Below, piece by piece: positions 56,984 to 64,000 of a stretch of DNA of 64,000 nucleotides. The translations under genes and the position numbers were made by a program. Each line of letters opens with the position of its first letter. The stretch's first letter is position 1. Below the pieces are notes generated by a model. The model had not been told where the DNA came from, made no database searches, and saw nothing but the letters and a program-made list of their open reading frames with translations. The stretch lies in contig JBGANF010000013.1 of NCBI GenBank assembly GCA_044222475.1, positions 1-64,000 of the forward strand, read 5' to 3'. The DNA comes from Polyangiaceae bacterium. Its GTDB lineage: Bacteria; Myxococcota_A; Polyangia; Polyangiales; Polyangiaceae.

Positions 56984-58579
56984 ATGGGTTTTCGACACTG
57001 GCTGGCTGTCGCGGTCAGCGCTCCCGCGGTAGTGGCTGCGTTCTCGGGTGACGCATTCGCGTTTGGTCCTAGCGTCTGCACACCAGGAACGCTCACGACC
57101 CGCATCGAGCCGACCGACACATGGAATGGCGCTTCAACGACAGGTGCTCACTTCTCACTGCCGCTAGCCTCCGGCTCGCCGACTTCGATCGCGAACAACA
57201 CGGCCTACACACGATATTTGCGTGGAAGCGGCAAAGTGAGTGCCGTTTCGTTCACCCTCGATGTCAACATTCATTCGTCAGACACGCTGATTTTCTGGGG
57301 GCCAAACGAAACGCAAACGTTCTCCGGCGGCGGCCTGATGTCGAACGTCACGACAACGGCATTCACAAGAAACGCGGGCTTCCCCGGCTGGTACGGCAGT
57401 TTCAGCGTCAATACCGACAGCAGCCTCCCGTCGGTCGGGTTCAAGATCGCGAGCCTCAACGTTAGTTGCAGCCCGGAAGGCCCCGCACCGGCGGCATTTC
57501 CGGCGTCCGTCCACGAGAAGAACGTTGGCTTTCTCACTCAGACCAGTGACACCGTCTACTACTCGTGCCACCGTCTACTACTCGTACCCCCCCCCCCGAC
57601 TGACCCTGGGACAGGGTCGCCGTTTCACCTTCATGTTGCGCTGAACCACAACGCGCCCGCGTCCAGCCAAGTCAACTTCGACTTCGACCTGTATGCCCGT
57701 TGCGGGGCATTGCCCACCGCGAGCGCATATGACTACGTTGGGTACTCTGGCACACCGCAGGAGTTTCTCGACATCACGACGCCATGCACGTCGACGTGGT
57801 TCTTTGCGGTAAATTCGTACTCTGGAAAAGGGGTCTTCGATCTCAACATCGGTGAGGGCGGCGATCTTGTAAAGTGTATAGGGTTTCCTGTTTCGGCCGC
57901 CTACCCCACGGCTCGAAAGCAGCAAATTGCCGACCAGATCGTGGCGGACTCACGAGCATTCTACGGCGCAACGCTCGGTGGCCTATTCGTCAATAGGCTC
58001 ATTTTCATCGACGGCGATCTTTCGAGCACATGCGTCCCCTATCCTGGTCAAGCGGCTCGTCCTATCGACGCAGTGATTTCCGATGCGTGCTCTGGCTCAC
58101 AGACGGCTCCGAACGCTGGGCAGATGACCTTCGCGATCCCGAAGAATCCTGCCTTCTGTAGCGGCAACCAATGGGACGCAAACCGCCCTTACGTTTTTCC
58201 GCATGAACTGGGACACAACTTGTTCCAGTTCCCGGATGAGTATCAGCCAGGGGGCGACGTGTGTGGACACTCGCTCATGGGCTTTCCAACCCCGCTCGGC
58301 GCGATCAGCCTCTGTAGCTTGTACAACCACGCGAAGGACCCGCCCGGCGTCTACGTGGATCCAGGGACCAATGCGCAAAGCACGACGCCCTTTGGAAACG
58401 GAGTTTCCATGTGGCAAAAGGCTGCAGCCAACTACTACGGTCGCCACATCAATATGACTGTTGACGCATCCGGAAATCCTCGAATGATGCCGGTATTCAC
58501 GGCCGACAACTATGCATTTCAGGATTTCGACTTCAATTCCTACCTTGTGCATCTCGAAAAGGTCGTTCAATTCAACTGA
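56984..58579 (+). CDS. Secreted zinc metalloprotease-like protein with a PPC-like domain
   Basis: AGGAG RBS, signal peptide, DFDLYAR...YDY PPC-like segment, HELGH...PDEY; lower GC than flanking genes. Confidence 0.7.
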   Translation: MGFRHWLAVAVSAPAVVAAFSGDAFAFGPSVCTPGTLTTRIEPTDTWNGASTTGAHFSLPLASGSPTSIANNTAYTRYLRGSGKVSAVSFTLDVNIHSSDTLIFWGPNETQTFSGGGLMSNVTTTAFTRNAGFPGWYGSFSVNTDSSLPSVGFKIASLNVSCSPEGPAPAAFPASVHEKNVGFLTQTSDTVYYSCHRLLLVPPPPTDPGTGSPFHLHVALNHNAPASSQVNFDFDLYARCGALPTASAYDYVGYSGTPQEFLDITTPCTSTWFFAVNSYSGKGVFDLNIGEGGDLVKCIGFPVSAAYPTARKQQIADQIVADSRAFYGATLGGLFVNRLIFIDGDLSSTCVPYPGQAARPIDAVISDACSGSQTAPNAGQMTFAIPKNPAFCSGNQWDANRPYVFPHELGHNLFQFPDEYQPGGDVCGHSLMGFPTPLGAISLCSLYNHAKDPPGVYVDPGTNAQSTTPFGNGVSMWQKAAANYYGRHINMTVDASGNPRMMPVFTADNYAFQDFDFNSYLVHLEKVVQFN

Positions 58580-58597
58580 CAGCAGCGGAGAAGTGTC

Positions 58598-59491
58598 ATG
58601 AGAGCTATGTACGCAGTCCTCCTCCTCACCACGCTCGGGTTCGCTGCATGTACGACGAACGAGAAGCCGACGGCGCCCTTCGCGCCGTTCCCCGTCGCCC
58701 CTGGCCGCCGCGCGAACATCACCCCAGCTGACTTGCTCACGCAAACTGGGTTCACTCCGATTCGAATCTCGTTCGGAGGCTCAAACCAAGAAGCGCTCCT
58801 CCAGCAAGTCGCGACCAAGGTGAAGCTGCGTACGTATCCGGAGTTGGTCGCCGTACCTTTCACACCCGTGATTCACGCTGCCGATCCAGGTGTTGACACC
58901 GGAACGTATGGGAAAGACGCTGCAGTCGGTCCGGCGTACGATTACAGCAATTGGGTCGAGCTCACTCCCCAGAAGCCACTCGACCCGGCCCGGTGGTACG
59001 TGATGAGTTTCGATGCACTCACCACCTCAGATGGGTTCATCGACGAACGCACGCTTGTCGTGCCGGGAGAGCCTAAACAGTACGGGGCACGCTTCTGCCC
59101 CGGGTCGGCACCGATTATCAATCGGGTCCGAGTCGGAGCGACAGGTGCTGTCGAGGTCACATTTTCCGAGGGCGTCATGGTCGATCCGAAGACGGTAGAA
59201 GCCTACCTACTTGCAAGGAACCCCGACTCATCACCATGCAAGTACCGGCCGCCGAGCTTCATGCCGCAAGGACCGGTAGGAGCCGCCGACTTCGACTGTG
59301 ACGCGTCTGCGTTCAAACAGAGCAACTTGACCGTGACGCTTACGCAGGGCCTGAAGAACCCTGACGGCGCCGCACTGTCTTGGTTCGATGGATCGGCGAC
59401 GACCAGCAGCGCGCTGACGACAAACCAGGGAGCGCGGGTCATGAAATTCACGGCGGATTGCGGAAGTGGGTGCCTCAGGTGGACGCCTTGA
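58598..59491 (+). CDS. Hypothetical lipoprotein
   Basis: GFAAC lipobox; lower GC; follows the protease gene. Confidence 0.7.
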   Translation: MRAMYAVLLLTTLGFAACTTNEKPTAPFAPFPVAPGRRANITPADLLTQTGFTPIRISFGGSNQEALLQQVATKVKLRTYPELVAVPFTPVIHAADPGVDTGTYGKDAAVGPAYDYSNWVELTPQKPLDPARWYVMSFDALTTSDGFIDERTLVVPGEPKQYGARFCPGSAPIINRVRVGATGAVEVTFSEGVMVDPKTVEAYLLARNPDSSPCKYRPPSFMPQGPVGAADFDCDASAFKQSNLTVTLTQGLKNPDGAALSWFDGSATTSSALTTNQGARVMKFTADCGSGCLRWTP

Positions 59492-59577
59492 GGGTCGAGA
59501 ACCGGCCAGCGCTACGCGAGGCTTGACGAATCCTCGAAGTGCAGTAAGTTCCGCGCCCTTCCCGGGAAACCAAAGTC

Positions 59578-59739
59578 ATGCGCGACCTCATCAAGATGAC
59601 GTGCGGCCAATGCGGTCGCGCCAACTACACGACGACCAAGAACAAGCGGACGATGTCCGAGAAGTTCGAGATCAAGAAGTTCTGCCCCGTGTGCCGGAAG
59701 CACTTCCCGCACAAAGAGGGCAAAATCTCGAAGGGCTGA
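59578..59739 (+). CDS. rpmG: 50S ribosomal protein L33 (zinc-ribbon form)
   Basis: 53-aa ORF not in the ORF track: [24 protein letters not shown]...[21 protein letters not shown]-16-TAAGTT upstream. Confidence 0.95.
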   Translation: MRDLIKMTCGQCGRANYTTTKNKRTMSEKFEIKKFCPVCRKHFPHKEGKISKG

Positions 59740-59831
59740 TCGTCGCGGCCTAGCGCTCGGCGCCCTTGCGGTTCTCTCTCTCCGACGACGACGCTGGACG
59801 GGTGGTCAGGCCCCTACGGGGCGCTGGGTAG

Positions 59832-60941
<1,110 letters not shown>

Positions 60942-60969
60942 ATTTCGGCCGTCGTCGTGCGCCTCCGTC

Positions 60970-61842
60970 ATGACTCCGTGGAAGCGGTACCGAGACGTCG
61001 CGATCGTGGCGCTGCTCTTGGCGTTTCCGTTCTTCTTGTTGCGCTCGCACATGAAGGATCCGGCGCAGCTCAACGTCGTCGATCGCTTCCTCCTCCGCAT
61101 CTCGGCCCCGATCGAGTACGTCGCCGCGACGCTCGCTCGCGGCACGACGAGCGTGTGGACCGACTACGTCTACCTCGTCGACGTGAAGGCGGACAACGAG
61201 CGGCTCGCGTACGACAACGCGCGCCTTCGTGAGCAGGTCCACGAGCTCGAGCACGTCCAGACCGAGAACCAGGATCTCCGACGGCTGCTCCAGCTTCGAC
61301 AGAGCATCCCGATCGACAGCGTCAGTGCGCTCGTCGTGGTGAAGGGCTACAACGAGTTCTTCCGCGTCACGCGCCTCGTGCTCGACCGAGGCTCGCGCGA
61401 CGTGAAGCCGTACATGCCGGTCGTCGCGCCGGACGGGATCGTCGGGACGGTCCTCAACGTCAACGGGGACGAGGTCACCGTGCTGCTCGCGGTCGACGCG
61501 TCGTTCGGCGTCGACGTCGAAGACGTGCGCACGAAGGCGCGCGGCTTCGTCCGCGGTACCGGCGATCCGTCGAAGCATCTGTGCCGCGTCGAGATGGTCG
61601 ACTCGCGCGACGAGGTCGAGGTCGGTGACCTCCTCGTCACGAGCGGGAAGGGAAAGCGCTTCCCCGGCGGCCTTCCGGTCGCGCGGGTGACCAAGGTCGT
61701 CAAGCGCGAGATTGGCCGAGACCAGGAGGTCGAGGCGACTCCGGCCGTCGACTTCACCAGGCTCGACTCGGCGCTCATCCTTCTGACGACCGGCGAAGAG
61801 ACGCCGCCGCCGGAAACGACCGTTCGCGGGAAGAACCCATGA
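60970..61842 (+). CDS. mreC: Rod shape-determining protein MreC
   Basis: TM, coiled coil, LDRGS, VGDLLVTSG...FPGGLPV; operon position. Confidence 0.93.
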   Translation: MTPWKRYRDVAIVALLLAFPFFLLRSHMKDPAQLNVVDRFLLRISAPIEYVAATLARGTTSVWTDYVYLVDVKADNERLAYDNARLREQVHELEHVQTENQDLRRLLQLRQSIPIDSVSALVVVKGYNEFFRVTRLVLDRGSRDVKPYMPVVAPDGIVGTVLNVNGDEVTVLLAVDASFGVDVEDVRTKARGFVRGTGDPSKHLCRVEMVDSRDEVEVGDLLVTSGKGKRFPGGLPVARVTKVVKREIGRDQEVEATPAVDFTRLDSALILLTTGEETPPPETTVRGKNP

Positions 61843-62363
61843 GGTACGGAGCGTTCTTCCTGGCCGGTTTCATCTTGATGATCCTCCAGGCCAACCTCTA
61901 CCGAGTCACTCAGTGGATTCACGTGCCGGGTCTCGTGCCCTCGCTCGTGCTTCCGTTCGTGGTGTTCATGGGGGTGCGCGAATATCCGCTCGCGAAGGGC
62001 GCGGCGACCGCGTTCGCGCTCGGCTACGGGACCGACTTGATCGGGATGTCGCCGGTCGGGCTCTACACGTTCACGTACGTCGGGCTCTACGTGCTCGCCC
62101 GCACGGCTGGCGTGCGCCTCGCCGCGCAGACGATCTGGATGCAGCTCGCCCTCGGCCTCGGCTTCGCCGCTCTCGAGAGCGTCACCATCCTCGTCCTGCT
62201 CGCCATCTTCGGGCGCGACCCCTACGTGCCCCGCGCGCTCTACCCGATGGCGATCCCGCACGTCCTCGCGACGGCCGCGCTCTCGCCGCTGTTGTTTCGC
62301 CTCGCGCGCTTCATCCACGCGCAGACCGCGCGAGGTGAGGCCGCCGGGGGGACCGTGCGATGA
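61839..62363 (+). CDS. mreD: Rod shape-determining protein MreD
   Basis: Hydrophobic multi-TM protein between mreC and mrdA. Confidence 0.85.
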   Translation: MRYGAFFLAGFILMILQANLYRVTQWIHVPGLVPSLVLPFVVFMGVREYPLAKGAATAFALGYGTDLIGMSPVGLYTFTYVGLYVLARTAGVRLAAQTIWMQLALGLGFAALESVTILVLLAIFGRDPYVPRALYPMAIPHVLATAALSPLLFRLARFIHAQTARGEAAGGTVR

Positions 62364-64000
62364 GCGATCGGCTCGTCTCGCGCGAGGGCGCCTCCGAGTT
62401 CCGGCGGCGCTACAAGTGGTTCGCGCTCTTCGTCGTGCTGACGTTCGGAGCGATCGTCGTGCGTCTGTTCCAGCTCCAGCTCGTCGACGGCGGTGATTAC
62501 GAGTCGATGGCGCACGAGAACATCGTCCGTCGCACCACCCTCCCGACGACGCGCGGCGTCGTGCGCGACTCGCAGGGAAAGGTCCTCGCGTCGAGCCGTC
62601 CGGCCTACAACGTGACGATCGTCCCGGGTCGCGTGATGCCCAGCGCGCGGCCTCTCCGTCGCGGGAAGCCCGTCACGGAAGAAGCGGACACGTGGCCGAA
62701 GATCGCGAGCGTGCTCCGCTTGAACCCCGACGAAAAGGCGCGGTTCGAGGAGCGCATCAAGACCGCGTGCGAGGACGACTCGGTCGACGGTCCGAGCACC
62801 GCTCGCAAGAGCCCGTGCTGGCGATCCATGCTGATTCGAGAGGACCTCGCGCGAGACATCGTCGCCGAGCTCAAGGAGCACCAAGCGGAGCTCACCGGCG
62901 CGGACGTCACCCAGATCCCAGTAAGGTACTACCCGTACAAGAACCTCGGCGCGCACGCGCTGGGGTACGTGGCCGAGCTCGACGCCGAGTCGCTCGCGCG
63001 ACTGCGGCCGCCTGGGTACGAGTCGATGACCGCCGACGAGAAGGCGAAGGTCAACCCGCTCGGATACGAGGTCGGTGACACGTCCGGCGCCACCGGAGTC
63101 GAGCGCGCGTGGGAGAGCTACCTTCGAGGGCAGCGCGGGTGGGAGAAGCGCATCGTCGACGCGCACGGTCGCTATCGGTCGGGTCCCGAGGCCGATCGGT
63201 ACCTCGACGATCCCCGCAAGCAGGATCCCATTCCGGGACGCGATCTGCGGCTCACCGTCGACATCGAGCTCATGCAGACGATCGAGAAGGCGATGCGCCC
63301 CCACGCCGCCGGCGCGGCGGTCGTCGTCGACGTCCGCACCGGCCGCGTCTTGGCCACGTACTCGAAGCCCGACTTCGATCCGAACGACCTCTCGGGCGGC
63401 GCCGGCAAGAGCCGCGTGCGCGAGACGTTCGCCCAGCTGTCCGCCGATCCGCTGCGGCCGATGCTCGATCGCACGGTGAGCGGAGCGTTCCAGCCCGGGT
63501 CGACGTTCAAGCCGTTCGCGGCGTTGGCCGCGCTCGAGGACAAGCTCGTCGATCCGAAGGACCACGAGCGCTGTGACGGGTACCTCTACTACGGGCGCCG
63601 CATCTTCCACTGCACCCACGTGCACGGGAAGGTCGACATGCGCACCGCGCTCGCCGCGTCGTGCAACATCTACTTCTTCCACCTCGCCGAGGCGGTCGGC
63701 CTCGATCGCATCGCGCGCGTCGCCGCGGACTTCGGCCTCGGCGCGAAGACCGGCCTCGGCGTCAACCCCGAGGCGCAGGGGCGCGTCCCGACGCGCGCGT
63801 GGTACGCGTTGCGCTACCGCGGTCAGTTCCGCGTCGGCTTCACGCTCAACACCGCGATCGGGCAGGGCGACGCGACCGTGACGCCGCTCCAGCTCGCGCT
63901 CGCCTACGCCGCGCTCGCGAACGGCGGCACGGTGTACTCCCCGCAGCTCGTGCGCGCGGTCGAGACGAGTGACGGCGCCATCGTCCAGGATTTCCCGCCG
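62360..64000 (+). CDS. mrdA: Penicillin-binding protein 2 (3'-truncated by the window edge)
   Basis: RG..RD, RYYP, PGSTFK (SxxK), SCN, AIGQG and TPLQ motifs; follows mreD. Confidence 0.93.
   Translation, partial: MSDRLVSREGASEFRRRYKWFALFVVLTFGAIVVRLFQLQLVDGGDYESMAHENIVRRTTLPTTRGVVRDSQGKVLASSRPAYNVTIVPGRVMPSARPLRRGKPVTEEADTWPKIASVLRLNPDEKARFEERIKTACEDDSVDGPSTARKSPCWRSMLIREDLARDIVAELKEHQAELTGADVTQIPVRYYPYKNLGAHALGYVAELDAESLARLRPPGYESMTADEKAKVNPLGYEVGDTSGATGVERAWESYLRGQRGWEKRIVDAHGRYRSGPEADRYLDDPRKQDPIPGRDLRLTVDIELMQTIEKAMRPHAAGAAVVVDVRTGRVLATYSKPDFDPNDLSGGAGKSRVRETFAQLSADPLRPMLDRTVSGAFQPGSTFKPFAALAALEDKLVDPKDHERCDGYLYYGRRIFHCTHVHGKVDMRTALAASCNIYFFHLAEAVGLDRIARVAADFGLGAKTGLGVNPEAQGRVPTRAWYALRYRGQFRVGFTLNTAIGQGDATVTPLQLALAYAALANGGTVYSPQLVRAVETSDGAIVQDFPP

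Overview
High-GC bacterial chromosome segment, most consistent with Myxococcota (Polyangiaceae/Labilithrix-like). Support: MYXO-CTERM-tailed surface proteins, eukaryote-like Ser/Thr kinases, bactofilin, TraB-like OmpA protein and many Cys-rich lipoproteins. Core loci are rimP-nusA-ylxR/L7Ae-infB-ylxP-rbfA, rpmG and mreBCD-mrdA (partial). The main finding is an apparent circularly permuted tRNA gene on the minus strand at ~21,019-21,128. Its 3' half lies upstream of its 5' half, a 29-nt linker joins the acceptor ends, the break is in the anticodon loop, and leader and trailer are mutually complementary. Other findings: (i) a four-helix-bundle gene cassette with a ~120-nt Y-tipped hairpin and inverted hexamer tracts (48.6-49.3 kb); (ii) two stand-alone MarR paralogues sharing a sigma54-type promoter layout; (iii) a pentapeptide-bactofilin fusion operon; (iv) an aldo-keto reductase/polynucleotide-kinase-like fusion; (v) a structured intergenic element before a small alarmone hydrolase; (vi) a lower-GC two-gene islet. 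All calls come from reading the sequence by eye; no searches or folding programs were run.
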